NCBI GenBank assembly: GCA_009392515.1 | Contig: VFGE01000019.1 | Span: forward strand, 1 to 63,290 | Origin: SAR202 cluster bacterium | GTDB taxonomy: Bacteria; Chloroflexota; Dehalococcoidia; Lucifugimonadales; UBA6952 | DNA length: 63,290 nt | Reading direction: 5' to 3' | In this document: positions 1 to 10,319 of the stretch, in pieces | Layout of the letters: every line of letters starts with the position of its first letter | How positions within the stretch are numbered: the stretch's first letter is position 1 | Position numbers and translations under genes: made by a program | The notes under the pieces: model-generated | The model's input: only the letters and a program-made list of their open reading frames with translations | Told to the model about the DNA's origin: nothing | Databases searched by the model: none

Positions 1-2
1 GC

Positions 3-2060
3 CAACCTGATTATTATAAATGGAACCAATGGTTCTTTTTAAAACTATTTGAAAACGAGTTAGCATACAGATCAAATGCACCAGTGAATTGGTGTAATCA
101 ATGCCAAACTGTTCTTGCTAACGAACAAGTAATTAATGGAAAATGTGATCGATGTGAAAGTGTTGTAATTCACAGAGATTTGGAACAATGGTTTTTCAAA
201 ATAACCAACTATGCCGAAGAACTATTAAGCTTTGATAAAGTTATAGACTGGCCAGAAAAAATCAAAACCCTTCAAGAAAACTGGATTGGTAAAAGTTTTG
301 GAGTACAAGTAAAATTTGATTTATCTCATTTACAAATTTCCACACCACTAATCGAAACTTTTACAACAAGAATAGACACTCTTTTTGGGGTAACCTTTAT
401 TGTTTTAGCCCCAGAACACGACTTGGTATCTGAACTTACAACACCAGAAAATAAAGAAAAAGTTGAAAAATACATTAATACTACTCGAGAATATTCAGAA
501 ATAGAAAGACTTTCTACAGAAAGAGATAAAACTGGAGTTTTTACCGGTTCATATGCAATAAATACTATTAATGGCAATAAAGTTCCAATTTTCATTGCCG
601 ATTATGTCTTAATGCAATATGGAACAGGTGCAGTCATGGGTGTACCAGCTCATGACCAAAGAGATTTTGAATTTGCTAAAAAATATGACTTAGATATTGT
701 CAGGGTTATTGCAAAGAACGTAAATGATACCGAAGCTCTTGAAGAAGCGTATACTGAATCTGGTATTTTAACCAACTCAGATGTATTTGATAATATTAAC
801 AATGAAGATGCTAAGATAAAAATAGCTGAACATCTTGAAAAAATGAACCTGGGGAAACGCACTACAACCTATAGGTTAAGAGACTGGCTTATTTCTCGAC
901 AACGATATTGGGGTACCCCCATACCAATCATTTATTGTGGAGATTGTGGCACTGTACCTGTACCTGAAAAAGATTTACCTGTAATACTACCTCCGGATGC
1001 AGAATTCAAACCTACAGGAGAGTCTCCCCTAAAATATAATCCTGAATTTATTAACTGTAAATGTCCAAATTGCGGAAAAAATGCTGAAAGAGAAACAGAT
1101 ACCATGGATACATTTGTCGACTCATCTTGGTATTTTCTTCGATACCCTAACCCTAAGTACGATAATGCTCCTTTTGATTTGAATAAACTAAAACTATGGA
1201 ATCCTGTAGACCAATACACAGGAGGTGCTGAACACGCAGTATTACACCTAATGTATTCCAGATTTTTTGTCAAAGCTCTAAGAGACATCGGACTATTTAA
1301 ATTTGATGAGCCATTTTTACGGTTATTTAACCAAGGAATGATTATCGCTAACCATCAAAAGATGAGTAAATCCAGAGGCAATGTTATAGCTCCTGACGAT
1401 TACGTTCTTGAATTTGGAGCAGATGTTGTACGAATTTATTTAATGTTTCTTGGTCCTTGGGATCAGGGAGGTGATTGGATTGATAGTGGAATTAATGGAA
1501 TGGCAAGATGGATAAATAGGGTATGGAATATAAGTACAATAAATTCAAATAAGTTTACTTTGTCAAAAGAAAACCAAGAATTTACCAGAACTACTCACAA
1601 ACTCATAAAAAACGTAACTGAAGATATAGATAGGTTCAAATTTAATACAGCTTTAGCATTTATGATGGAATTTACAAACTATCTAAACCAAATTTCAGAA
1701 AAGAATAATGCAACACCAGAACAATGGAACTTTGCTATCAAAAGCCTATTACTCCTTCTAGCCCCAATAGCTCCTCATATAACTGAAGAATTATGGGAAT
1801 TAACTGGGAATCAATATAGCATACACAATCAATCTGTTCCTTCATTTAATCCAAAGCTCATCGAAGATGAAACAACAACATTGGTTATACAAGTTAATGG
1901 TAAAGTTCGCGACACTATTGTAGTAGAAATCAATACAGAAAAAGAAAAGGCTGAAGAAATTGCTCTTTCAAGCGAAAAAATTCAGCCCTATCTAGTAAAC
2001 AAAGCTATACATAGAATTATTTATGTTCCTGATAAATTAGTTAATATAGTTATAAAATAA
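3..2060 (+). CDS. leuS: Leucine--tRNA ligase, 5'-truncated by the window edge
   Basis: Frame is open from position 3 (QPDYYKWNQWFF...VNWC). Contains LRDWLISRQRYWG, ETDTMDTFVDSSWY, the KMSKS motif and C-terminal VIQVNGK. Confidence 0.97.
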   Translation, partial: QPDYYKWNQWFFLKLFENELAYRSNAPVNWCNQCQTVLANEQVINGKCDRCESVVIHRDLEQWFFKITNYAEELLSFDKVIDWPEKIKTLQENWIGKSFGVQVKFDLSHLQISTPLIETFTTRIDTLFGVTFIVLAPEHDLVSELTTPENKEKVEKYINTTREYSEIERLSTERDKTGVFTGSYAINTINGNKVPIFIADYVLMQYGTGAVMGVPAHDQRDFEFAKKYDLDIVRVIAKNVNDTEALEEAYTESGILTNSDVFDNINNEDAKIKIAEHLEKMNLGKRTTTYRLRDWLISRQRYWGTPIPIIYCGDCGTVPVPEKDLPVILPPDAEFKPTGESPLKYNPEFINCKCPNCGKNAERETDTMDTFVDSSWYFLRYPNPKYDNAPFDLNKLKLWNPVDQYTGGAEHAVLHLMYSRFFVKALRDIGLFKFDEPFLRLFNQGMIIANHQKMSKSRGNVIAPDDYVLEFGADVVRIYLMFLGPWDQGGDWIDSGINGMARWINRVWNISTINSNKFTLSKENQEFTRTTHKLIKNVTEDIDRFKFNTALAFMMEFTNYLNQISEKNNATPEQWNFAIKSLLLLLAPIAPHITEELWELTGNQYSIHNQSVPSFNPKLIEDETTTLVIQVNGKVRDTIVVEINTEKEKAEEIALSSEKIQPYLVNKAIHRIIYVPDKLVNIVIK

Positions 2061-2061
2061 A

Positions 2062-3429
2062 CTAACCTATACGAACAGTCCCTAATAAATCACGTATTTT
2101 TGCACTGCCATCAGCATTCCACCAAGAATCAATTGCATTGCCAACACGTTCTTTTGGTAAGCTTAAAATTGCACAGTTATAAAATTTATCTTTAAATTCT
2201 TCTTCAGATAAAGGATCAGCTTGTGTACCATGCATTACATGTCGATTGGTATCCTCTTCTAGAGTCGTACCATCTTTCAATGTAATCTTTACAGGATTTG
2301 AAACCATCATTCCGTCTCGTCCACTACTCCATTCGGAATTTATTTTTATATCTACTTTATCTATTGCTTCTAAATATTCAGATCGATCTAAATTTTCATC
2401 ATTAAAACTTGCCATATCTATTTTCTTATCTACTAAAGCCGTAGCAACATTATAATGAATACTAAATTTACCTTGAAAACCATAGGTAGGTCTAGGGTAC
2501 AAAAGAACATGACTTATTGATGAGAAATTATCTATTTCCACTTCATCTATATCATTAAAGTCTAATTCATTTGAATTTAAAATACTTAATAAAGAATCTA
2601 ATGAACTATGATTTGATCCACAGCAAGGATATTTTTTTATTACAATAGAAGTTGCACACAACCAAGTATTACCTAAATCTTTAACCATAGCCTCAGGATC
2701 AAAATTTCCTGCTCCTAAATAGGCTGAAGCCCAACCAACTTTACTTTCTAAAAAGTTATCTGTTGCCTTCCAACCATCTCTGGCTAAATAACCTGCCATA
2801 ATACCATTACGTGATGTCATACCAGCATGAAGAGGTTTAGTGTAAGTACCAAAGTTTTGCAATATACCACTAGGCATAGAACCTGCCATTCCTAAAGCAG
2901 TTAAAGTTTGTTCTTTATCTAGGCCTAATAAACGAGCTGCAACTGCAGCTGACCCCATAGTCCCAAATATTGCTGTTGAATGGAAACCAGTGGTTCCTTG
3001 AGGGGAACTTGAACCTCTCGATAAATGAGCTGCAGCCTCAAAACCGATAACATAAGCTGTTAGTAAATCATTAACAGTTAAATCTAATTCTTCAGCAATA
3101 GCTAGCGCTGGAGGTAATAAAGCCACACTAGGATGGCCAAAACCTCCCATATCATCATAGTCCAAAGCATGCCCAAGTGTTCCATTGCCTAAGGCTGCCA
3201 TATATTGAGATGTCCTCATACTAGATCCGACAATAGTACAATCACCATTTCCTCCCTGATCTGATACAAACTTTTGAATCATTTTACCAAGGGGTTGATC
3301 AGCACCAGCAAGCATAACACCGATACAATCAAATATAGCTTCTCTCGCTGCTCTATATGCATCAGCTGGTATATCTTCTGATTTAGTATTTACAATAAAC
3401 TCTGCTAATTTTTCTTCTGAACGTCCCAT
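2062..3429 (-). CDS. MmgE/PrpD family protein (paralog 1)
   Basis: NGTLGHALDYDD, GHPS, GFHST, TKPLHAG and KKYPCC motifs; AGGAGG SD upstream. Confidence 0.9.
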   Translation of the reverse strand: MGRSEEKLAEFIVNTKSEDIPADAYRAAREAIFDCIGVMLAGADQPLGKMIQKFVSDQGGNGDCTIVGSSMRTSQYMAALGNGTLGHALDYDDMGGFGHPSVALLPPALAIAEELDLTVNDLLTAYVIGFEAAAHLSRGSSSPQGTTGFHSTAIFGTMGSAAVAARLLGLDKEQTLTALGMAGSMPSGILQNFGTYTKPLHAGMTSRNGIMAGYLARDGWKATDNFLESKVGWASAYLGAGNFDPEAMVKDLGNTWLCATSIVIKKYPCCGSNHSSLDSLLSILNSNELDFNDIDEVEIDNFSSISHVLLYPRPTYGFQGKFSIHYNVATALVDKKIDMASFNDENLDRSEYLEAIDKVDIKINSEWSSGRDGMMVSNPVKITLKDGTTLEEDTNRHVMHGTQADPLSEEEFKDKFYNCAILSLPKERVGNAIDSWWNADGSAKIRDLLGTVRIG

Positions 3430-3575
3430 AGTTACCTCCTATTATTTATTAAGGTTAATTACTTCAATATCGTTTTCTTTGGCAATAGTAATATCAAATC
3501 ATGTGTGATTATATTTATCAGAAAATGATGCAATATTAAACCATTTTTTCTGACTTAAATTACAGAATTTAATCA

Positions 3576-3604
3576 TTGACACTGTATATAGCCAATGATA
3601 CAGT
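3576..3604 (+). promoter_or_regulatory. Sigma-70-type promoter for etfBA with overlapping inverted repeat
   Basis: TTGACA (3576-3581), 17-nt spacer, TACAGT (3599-3604) preceded by TGn. ACTGTAT-N10-ATACAGT inverted repeat spans the spacer. Confidence 0.7.
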
Positions 3605-3640
3605 TTTAATACACATTTAATTTATATAACAGGGGTAAAC

Positions 3641-4450
3641 ATGTCTTTTAATATAGTAGTATTAGCAAAACAAGTTATTGATCCTGAAGCTCCAAGTGCA
3701 AGTTATAGAATAGACGGAAGTGCTGGAAAACTTGAAGTTGATTCTTCACAAAAAATAGCACCAGTCATTAATGGTTTTTGTGAAAATGCCATTGAAGCTG
3801 CACTTCAAATCAAAGAAGCAGTTGGAGATGCTACAGTCAGCGTAATTTCTGCAGGTTCAGATTTTGTCATGGATGTCATGAAAAAGGCCGTTTCTATGGG
3901 TTCTGATGAAATGTATCTTTTGCAAGATGAAAAATTTAGCAATCTTAATGATAGCTCAATAACTGCAAAACTTTTAGCAACAGCAATTCAAAAAATAGGC
4001 GAGTACGATTTAGTACTGGCAGGTATGCAAGCATCTGATTGGGACCAAGCACAAGTTCCTTTAGGTATTGCTGAAATCCTTGGAGTGCCTTGTGTACCAA
4101 TTGCAAGAAAAATCGAAATTAAAGATGGTAGAGCTATTTGTGAACGCGCAACTGATGCAGGTTATGAAACTGTTTCAGCGCCTCTTCCTTCTGTAATTAC
4201 TGTTAATAATGAATTCGGACAACCAAGATACCCCACTCTAAGAAACATAATGGCAGCTGCTCGGAAAACTCCGATAACATGGGACGCTGCAGAACTTGGT
4301 TTGTCTGATGATGATCTTTCCCCTCGAATAAAAATCGTCGACCTATTTATACCTGAAAAACAATCTCAATGCGAAATTATTGAAGGTGAAGACGAAGAAG
4401 AAATGGGAAGAAACTTAGCACTGAAAATGCGTGAAGCAAAATTAATATAG
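3641..4450 (+). CDS. etfB: Electron transfer flavoprotein beta subunit (FixA/EtfB)
   Basis: IVVLAKQV, GMQASDWDQAQVP and PRYPTL; directly upstream of the alpha subunit. Confidence 0.92.
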   Translation: MSFNIVVLAKQVIDPEAPSASYRIDGSAGKLEVDSSQKIAPVINGFCENAIEAALQIKEAVGDATVSVISAGSDFVMDVMKKAVSMGSDEMYLLQDEKFSNLNDSSITAKLLATAIQKIGEYDLVLAGMQASDWDQAQVPLGIAEILGVPCVPIARKIEIKDGRAICERATDAGYETVSAPLPSVITVNNEFGQPRYPTLRNIMAAARKTPITWDAAELGLSDDDLSPRIKIVDLFIPEKQSQCEIIEGEDEEEMGRNLALKMREAKLI

Positions 4451-4461
4451 GAGTATAAACA

Positions 4462-5445
4462 ATGTCAGAAATATTACTTGTTGGTGAAGTAAATAGTGGG
4501 AGCTTAGCAGAAGCTACTGCTGAATTAATTGCTCATGGCAAACCTTTAGCCGAATCTTTAAACTCTTCGATTTCTGTTGCTTTACTTGATCAAGACTCTT
4601 CTAGTGCTGCTCAAGAAGCAATAAGTCAAGGAGCCGATAAAGTTTACAACATCAAAGACTCTTTGCTTACCACTTATCAGACAGATGCGTATTTAGCAAG
4701 CCTGGCAAAATTAATTCAAGAAATTAATCCAATTGCCGTGTTAATTTCTAAAACTGAAATAGGTGCAGATATTGGGGCAAGATTAGCATTTAGAGTTGAT
4801 ACTGGTATAGTACAAGACTGTATTGAGGTATCAGTAAATTCAGATAACAAAATTCAAGCTAACCGACCTGTTTTTGGCGGTAACTGTATGGCAACCGTTG
4901 TCTGTGATTCAAGTCCTATGATGGCCTTAATTCGACCAAAAACAAAAGAGGCTTTAGAGGCAGATTCAGGCAGATCTGGTGAAATAGTTGATTTTAATGC
5001 TGATCTCGATGAATCAGTAATAAAAAATCAAGTTGTTGAAAGAGTCGAAGAAGTACAAGAAGGAATACGTTTAGAAGATGCAGCTAGAATAGTTGGAGGT
5101 GGTCGTGGTATGAACGGCCCAGAGCCTTTTGATAATGAGCTCAAAGATTTAGCTGATACCATGGGGGCAGCTATTGGCGCCAGCCGTGCAGCAGTCGATA
5201 TAGGATGGGTACCATATTCATATCAAATAGGATTGACGGGGAAAAAAGTTGCCCCTGACCTTTATCTACTTGTAGGAATATCTGGTGCAAGTCAACATAT
5301 GGCTGGTTGCAGTGGATCAAAAAATCTTGTTGCAATAAATAAAGATCCTGATGCAAACATATTCCGAGACGCTAGATTTGGAGTAGTTGGAGATTGGGAA
5401 AAAGTACTACCTGCCCTAACTCAGCAACTTAAAGAATTAATGTAA
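4462..5445 (+). CDS. etfA: Electron transfer flavoprotein alpha subunit (FixB/EtfA)
   Basis: GGGRG, GASRAAVD, QIGLTGK, GISGASQH and AINKDPDA FAD-binding motifs. Confidence 0.95.
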   Translation: MSEILLVGEVNSGSLAEATAELIAHGKPLAESLNSSISVALLDQDSSSAAQEAISQGADKVYNIKDSLLTTYQTDAYLASLAKLIQEINPIAVLISKTEIGADIGARLAFRVDTGIVQDCIEVSVNSDNKIQANRPVFGGNCMATVVCDSSPMMALIRPKTKEALEADSGRSGEIVDFNADLDESVIKNQVVERVEEVQEGIRLEDAARIVGGGRGMNGPEPFDNELKDLADTMGAAIGASRAAVDIGWVPYSYQIGLTGKKVAPDLYLLVGISGASQHMAGCSGSKNLVAINKDPDANIFRDARFGVVGDWEKVLPALTQQLKELM

Positions 5446-5464
5446 TTCCAATATAATTAAATTC

Positions 5465-5492
5465 CAAAACCCCTGAAACCTCAGGGGTTTTG
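5465..5492 (+). terminator. Intrinsic terminator after etfA
   Basis: Perfect 12-bp stem CAAAACCCCTGA/TCAGGGGTTTTG with a 4-nt loop and a T-rich 3' side. Confidence 0.85.
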
Positions 5493-5517
5493 TCTTGTTA
5501 GGGGTGGTTGAACATAC

Positions 5518-6795
5518 ATGAGTAATATGATGAGCTCATTTCGATATTCTGCGTTCAGATATCTTTGGTTAGGACAAGTAACTCATGCCGCTGGAATGTG
5601 GATAGACATGGTAACTATTCCTTTAATAGTTTTAAGCCTATATGACAGCTTAGAACAAGCTGCAATAAATGTTGGCTTGGTTATGTTTGTTCGCACAATG
5701 CCCCATTTCACACTGGGACTTTTTGCTGGTGTATTTGCTGATAACTTCAACAGAAAAACACTGTTAGTGGTTACTAAAATAGGTGTTGTATTTATTCAAA
5801 TAATATTTATGTTTGTTGTATTTATGGATCATTTATCTATGACTTGGGTGTATTTATACACTTTCTTTCGGGGTGCAACAATGGCATTCGATCAGCCCGC
5901 AAGAAGAGCAATGATAGCTAATGTTGTCCCACAAGAACTGTACACTAATGCAATGGCTCTTAGTATGGGAACAGTTCAAGCAACAAGAATAATTGCTGCA
6001 GCAGGAGCTGGTTGGATTATCGCATTAACCAGTGGAGTTGATCGAATAACAGAAGCAGACTATGGATTCCAATTTCCTGTAACTATTATTTTAATACTAT
6101 ATACTTTAGCTTTTATTTTTACTTATTTAATTAACTATTCACACGAAGTAATAAATAACGAAGGAGAGAACAAAAAAACTATCCAGTATGTTTTTACTGA
6201 ATTAATCGAAGGATTACGATTCTCATGGTCAAGAAAAGATATACGCGCAGTAGTAATTATGGCAGCATGTTTCTTTTTATTTGGAATGGTATTTATGCAA
6301 GTTTTTGCTCCACTATTTGCTAAAATATTAGGTATAGGGGAAAAAGGTCTTGGCATTCTTTTATCAATGAGTGGAATCGGCGGGGCTAGCGGTGCTGTAT
6401 TTCTTGCAGCAATTAACCCTAATAATAAACGTGGAATTTGGATATTATCGTCACAAATTGCATTAGGGTTATCTCTCATATTCTTTGCACTATCAGTAGC
6501 ATTTGACAATATGATGCTTATATATTTTATGGCTATTCTAATTGGATTATCTCAAGCAATTATTTTCCCGCTTATTAATTCAGTATTAATGAAAATTACT
6601 CCCGACCATCTTAGAGGGAGAGCAATGGGTCTATTAAGTTTGGATAGAGCTTTTGTATCTTTTGGAGCCGCTATAGCTGGACCAACAGCTGCATATGTAG
6701 GAGTAGCAAACGGCCAAATACTTTTTGGCGTAGGGTGTGTAATGAGTGGTATTTTTCTTTGGATTTTTGGAACTACTCTCAGAAAATTAGATTAA
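5518..6795 (+). CDS. MFS transporter (H+ antiporter/EntS-like)
   Basis: About 12 hydrophobic segments; FRYLWLGQ, GVFADNFNRK (motif A variant), FDQPARRAMI, TPDHLRGRAMG. Confidence 0.9.
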   Translation: MSNMMSSFRYSAFRYLWLGQVTHAAGMWIDMVTIPLIVLSLYDSLEQAAINVGLVMFVRTMPHFTLGLFAGVFADNFNRKTLLVVTKIGVVFIQIIFMFVVFMDHLSMTWVYLYTFFRGATMAFDQPARRAMIANVVPQELYTNAMALSMGTVQATRIIAAAGAGWIIALTSGVDRITEADYGFQFPVTIILILYTLAFIFTYLINYSHEVINNEGENKKTIQYVFTELIEGLRFSWSRKDIRAVVIMAACFFLFGMVFMQVFAPLFAKILGIGEKGLGILLSMSGIGGASGAVFLAAINPNNKRGIWILSSQIALGLSLIFFALSVAFDNMMLIYFMAILIGLSQAIIFPLINSVLMKITPDHLRGRAMGLLSLDRAFVSFGAAIAGPTAAYVGVANGQILFGVGCVMSGIFLWIFGTTLRKLD

Positions 6796-6844
6796 ATAGT
6801 ATAATTACTATATAGATTCAATCTGTACATAAAAGGCAAATATT

Positions 6845-8074
6845 GTGAAAATAATTTCCTCTAATCAGCCCATATTTAAATTAATTCTATTTGCAATTTT
6901 ATTATTTTGCAGTGGATTAATACCAAGCAATCCTTCTAAGAGTGAAACAATTAATTCGATAATATCTCATGAAAAACATAGTTTATTACTATGGGAATTA
7001 CAATTTTTACCACAGAAATTCTTTTATTCAATATCTGAATTTATTTTCCCATTTGAAAATAAAAAAGTTTCTAAAAAAGATCCAATAGAAATTATACAAA
7101 ATTACATTAAAATCAATGATCAAATAAGAAAACACAATAACGAATATGAGTATGCAGCTATAAAAGGTAATGATTTTAAATCAAATGCAGAAAAAGAAAA
7201 GATAATCCAACAATACATTAATGAGTTAGAACAAAACCAATTAATAACTGAAAATGCTTTAGAAGAAATAGTAAGTAATGCAATTCAGGAATTCAATATA
7301 TCTATATTGCCAAACACAGTATTTCCACCTGTTTTGATTAGTATAGAACCACCACCGTCACTTTTAATATTGTCACCGAGAGATCAAATAAAATTAGAAA
7401 AAACAATATTATTAAAATCCGATAATTCAATTCCTCAAAGATATAAAATTGAAGATACTATTGAAAATCTAGAAAATAAATCAGTTCTTATATCAGATAT
7501 TGGTGGATTATCTACTTTTCCTGCAACAGTAAAAGTAAGAAGTTTAGAGTCTACTCTAAGCACAACTGCACATGAATGGTTTCATAATTATATGATCTTC
7601 AAACCTCTTGGAAGAAGTTACTTCAATGATGACAAACTACGAACAATTAATGAAACTGCGGCTAATATTTTTGGGGACGAAATATCTAAATATATATTAG
7701 ATATTGAAAAAAATGATGTTTTAATAAATCCTATAACTACTGAGCCTTGTAGCAAGCCTGATTTTTGCTTTGGGTTAGAAATGAATGAAACAAGATCTAC
7801 TGCTGAAGAATATCTAAATCAAGGTGATATTTCTAAAGCTGAAAAATATATGGAAGATCGTCAAAAATTATTTCTAGCTGAAGGTTACATAATTCGTAAA
7901 CTAAACCAAGCATATTTTGCTTTTCATGGTATATATGCTGATAGCCCGTCTTCCAAAAGTACTGTGTTTGAAGAACTCACCAATATAAGAAACCAATCCA
8001 AATCTTTAGCAGATTTCATAAAGAAAATAGAAAATATAAAAAATGAAAATGATTATCAAAAACTAATTAAATGA
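6845..8074 (+). CDS. Exported/membrane-anchored putative zinc metallopeptidase (HEXXH)
   Basis: N-terminal hydrophobic signal; AHEWFH followed about 20 aa later by NETAA (candidate third Zn ligand E). Confidence 0.6.
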   Translation: MKIISSNQPIFKLILFAILLFCSGLIPSNPSKSETINSIISHEKHSLLLWELQFLPQKFFYSISEFIFPFENKKVSKKDPIEIIQNYIKINDQIRKHNNEYEYAAIKGNDFKSNAEKEKIIQQYINELEQNQLITENALEEIVSNAIQEFNISILPNTVFPPVLISIEPPPSLLILSPRDQIKLEKTILLKSDNSIPQRYKIEDTIENLENKSVLISDIGGLSTFPATVKVRSLESTLSTTAHEWFHNYMIFKPLGRSYFNDDKLRTINETAANIFGDEISKYILDIEKNDVLINPITTEPCSKPDFCFGLEMNETRSTAEEYLNQGDISKAEKYMEDRQKLFLAEGYIIRKLNQAYFAFHGIYADSPSSKSTVFEELTNIRNQSKSLADFIKKIENIKNENDYQKLIK

Positions 8075-8077
8075 TTC

Positions 8078-8114
8078 TATTTGTGCCCTTGTATTTATAA
8101 CAAGGGCACAAATA
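8078..8114. terminator. Bidirectional terminator hairpin between convergent genes
   Basis: Perfect 15-bp stem TATTTGTGCCCTTGT/ACAAGGGCACAAATA with a 7-nt loop. Confidence 0.85.
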
Positions 8115-8119
8115 ATTTC

Positions 8120-8776
8120 TTATTTTGAAATCATTCCACGACCAAGTGTAATTGCCCAAGCTGTATAGACTATGTAACAAATACCACCAATCAGTGCCAT
8201 TGTTGTTGCTTGATCTGTTGCCAATAATGAAACCTGTGCACTTATAACAACAATTACTGCAGAGAGCGCTGCTATACTTGCAAATATAGAGCTATCATCT
8301 CTCGTAGAAGCACCTAGTGCTATAAGAAAACCACCAACTCCAAATAAAAATGTACATAAGTTTGCTAAAGAAAAACCAATTGTTGCTAATTCACGATCCC
8401 CTGTTAAAGTTACTGTTCCTATTCCAGCACCTAAGCTTAACCCAGAACCAATAGCCCAACCAGCTACTGCTATAAATACCATTGGCATTCCAAGCCTAGC
8501 TAATGCGTATCCATTACCACCTTCAAGACTTTGTACAAAATACATGAGTCCGGAAAGCATAGTAATGAGAGCAACAGGTATAAGCATTGAAGTAACAATT
8601 CCATAGGTTTGTAAATCACCAGTCCACAATTTAATCACCGCTTCAGCATCTGTTGGGTCAGGTTGGCCTCCAATACCTAGTACGCCTCCTGGTTGAATAA
8701 AGTAAATCAATACAGCAACGATTGGACCTATAATTAAACAATATCCAGCCATTTTTTCTACAGAAATCGTGCCCAT
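8120..8776 (-). CDS. Hypothetical 6-TM membrane protein (DUF4386-like)
   Basis: Six Gly/Ala-rich hydrophobic helices; AGGAGG SD; extended -10 TGATATAAT on the minus strand at 8826-8834. Confidence 0.7.
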   Translation of the reverse strand: MGTISVEKMAGYCLIIGPIVAVLIYFIQPGGVLGIGGQPDPTDAEAVIKLWTGDLQTYGIVTSMLIPVALITMLSGLMYFVQSLEGGNGYALARLGMPMVFIAVAGWAIGSGLSLGAGIGTVTLTGDRELATIGFSLANLCTFLFGVGGFLIALGASTRDDSSIFASIAALSAVIVVISAQVSLLATDQATTMALIGGICYIVYTAWAITLGRGMISK

Positions 8777-8854
8777 TTTATTCCTCCTTATTATTTAAAT
8801 AAAATAACACTGTTCCTGGTATTTGATTATATCACTTTTCTAGTAATTAATTTA

Positions 8855-8883
8855 TTGACTTGTTCAGAATATGTTAATATACT
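8855..8883 (+). promoter_or_regulatory. Sigma-70-type promoter for MmgE/PrpD paralog 2
   Basis: TTGACT, 17-nt spacer, TATACT. Confidence 0.7.
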
Positions 8884-8950
8884 CACCTGTATTATGTAGC
8901 TCTTCTCTGAATTATGATTGATTCAGGGATATTATTATAGGAGGTTTATA

Positions 8951-10306
8951 ATGGGCGCAACAGAGAAGTTGGCAAGATTTGTTATTGAAACACCTTCAGA
9001 AAAGATTAGTGACGAAGCAATAGAAAGAGCCACAGCAGGCTTGATGGATGCTGTTGGAACAGCACTTGTTGCTAATACTAATGAGATAGGTAGAATAATA
9101 ACTGAATTTACTGAAGAGGTAGGTGGAACTCCTGTTTCTCGTGTAATTGGTACAAATATTAAAACATCATCTCCAAATGCAGCTTTAGCAAATGGTACAC
9201 TTGGACATGCTGATGACTATGATGACGTTGGTGGTTTCGGTCATCCTGCAGTAATTTTAATGCCTACGGTATTAGCACTAGGAGAACAACTTGGCAAGAC
9301 TGGACGTGAGATTTTAGATGCTTATGTTCTGGGATTTGATGTAGGCGCTCGCTTAGCCCAAGGTATTGGGGGAGACCATTATGAAAGAGGTTGGCATTCA
9401 ACCGTAACTCTTGGTACATTAGCTTCTGCAGCTGCTGCATCCAGACTAATGGGTCTAACAGTTGACCAAACACGACATGCTTTGGGTATAGCAGCTTCAC
9501 ATGCTGCTGGTATGCAGGCAAATTTTGGTACTATGACAAAACCATTACATCCCGGTAATGGTGCAAGAAGCGGCATCACTGCTGCAACTTTAGCTTCTAA
9601 GGGATATACTGCAAACCAAAATATAATTGAAGCACCACTAGGATATGTGGCGGTATTTGGTGACAAACAAGCAAATATTAATGCAATGACACACCAACTT
9701 GGTGATGCTCAATGGCAAATAGTAAATCCAGGATTTAAAATCAAAGAATGGCCTTGCTGTTATGGTAACCATGGAGCAGTTCCAATGCTAATTGATTTAG
9801 TACACAAATATGAAATTCAACCTGAACAAGTAGAAAGCGTTGAATTTATAGGTGGCATGGGAGCTTCTGGGTTCTTGAACAGACCTGATACTGACACTTA
9901 TTTCGGTGGGAAATTCAGTTTGCAATTTAATATTGCTGCAGCTGTTGTTGATGGCGCTATGTCTTATGACACATTCACTGATGAAAAGGTGAATAGCCCT
10001 GAAATACGAGACATGATGTCAAGAGTTATTCTAAAAGATGACATTATGACTAAAGACTTACCAGCTCGAATACATAGTCAACACAGGGACCAAACAGTCG
10101 TCATAAATATGAAAGATGGAAGAAGTGTTAGTGATAGTATAGAAACTGCTACAAACACTCTCGTTGGTCATGAGATTGACGTTAAGTTTGAAGCAAATGC
10201 TAGTAAAGTTCTTCCTTCTGAAAAAGTCGAACGTGCTCTTTCCCTTCTAAAAGATCTTAAAAATGTAAAAGATATAAGTGAAGTTTTAGACGCGGTTACC
10301 GTTTAA
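8951..10306 (+). CDS. MmgE/PrpD family protein (paralog 2)
   Basis: NGTLGHADDYDD, GHPA, GWHST, TKPLHPG, KEWPCC. Start placed at ATG 8951 after AGGAGG rather than the ORF-track start at 8918. Confidence 0.9.
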   Translation: MGATEKLARFVIETPSEKISDEAIERATAGLMDAVGTALVANTNEIGRIITEFTEEVGGTPVSRVIGTNIKTSSPNAALANGTLGHADDYDDVGGFGHPAVILMPTVLALGEQLGKTGREILDAYVLGFDVGARLAQGIGGDHYERGWHSTVTLGTLASAAAASRLMGLTVDQTRHALGIAASHAAGMQANFGTMTKPLHPGNGARSGITAATLASKGYTANQNIIEAPLGYVAVFGDKQANINAMTHQLGDAQWQIVNPGFKIKEWPCCYGNHGAVPMLIDLVHKYEIQPEQVESVEFIGGMGASGFLNRPDTDTYFGGKFSLQFNIAAAVVDGAMSYDTFTDEKVNSPEIRDMMSRVILKDDIMTKDLPARIHSQHRDQTVVINMKDGRSVSDSIETATNTLVGHEIDVKFEANASKVLPSEKVERALSLLKDLKNVKDISEVLDAVTV

Positions 10307-10319
10307 TCATAAAGAAAGA

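Noticed and set aside
3582..3603. E. coli-type LexA box (CTGT...ACAG)
   Set aside because: Spacing is N14, not N8, and the downstream genes are not SOS genes. No GAAC-N4-GTTC box was seen upstream of uvrA either.
8120..8776. Possible microbial rhodopsin
   Set aside because: Only about 6 TM helices and no retinal-binding Lys within the last helix.
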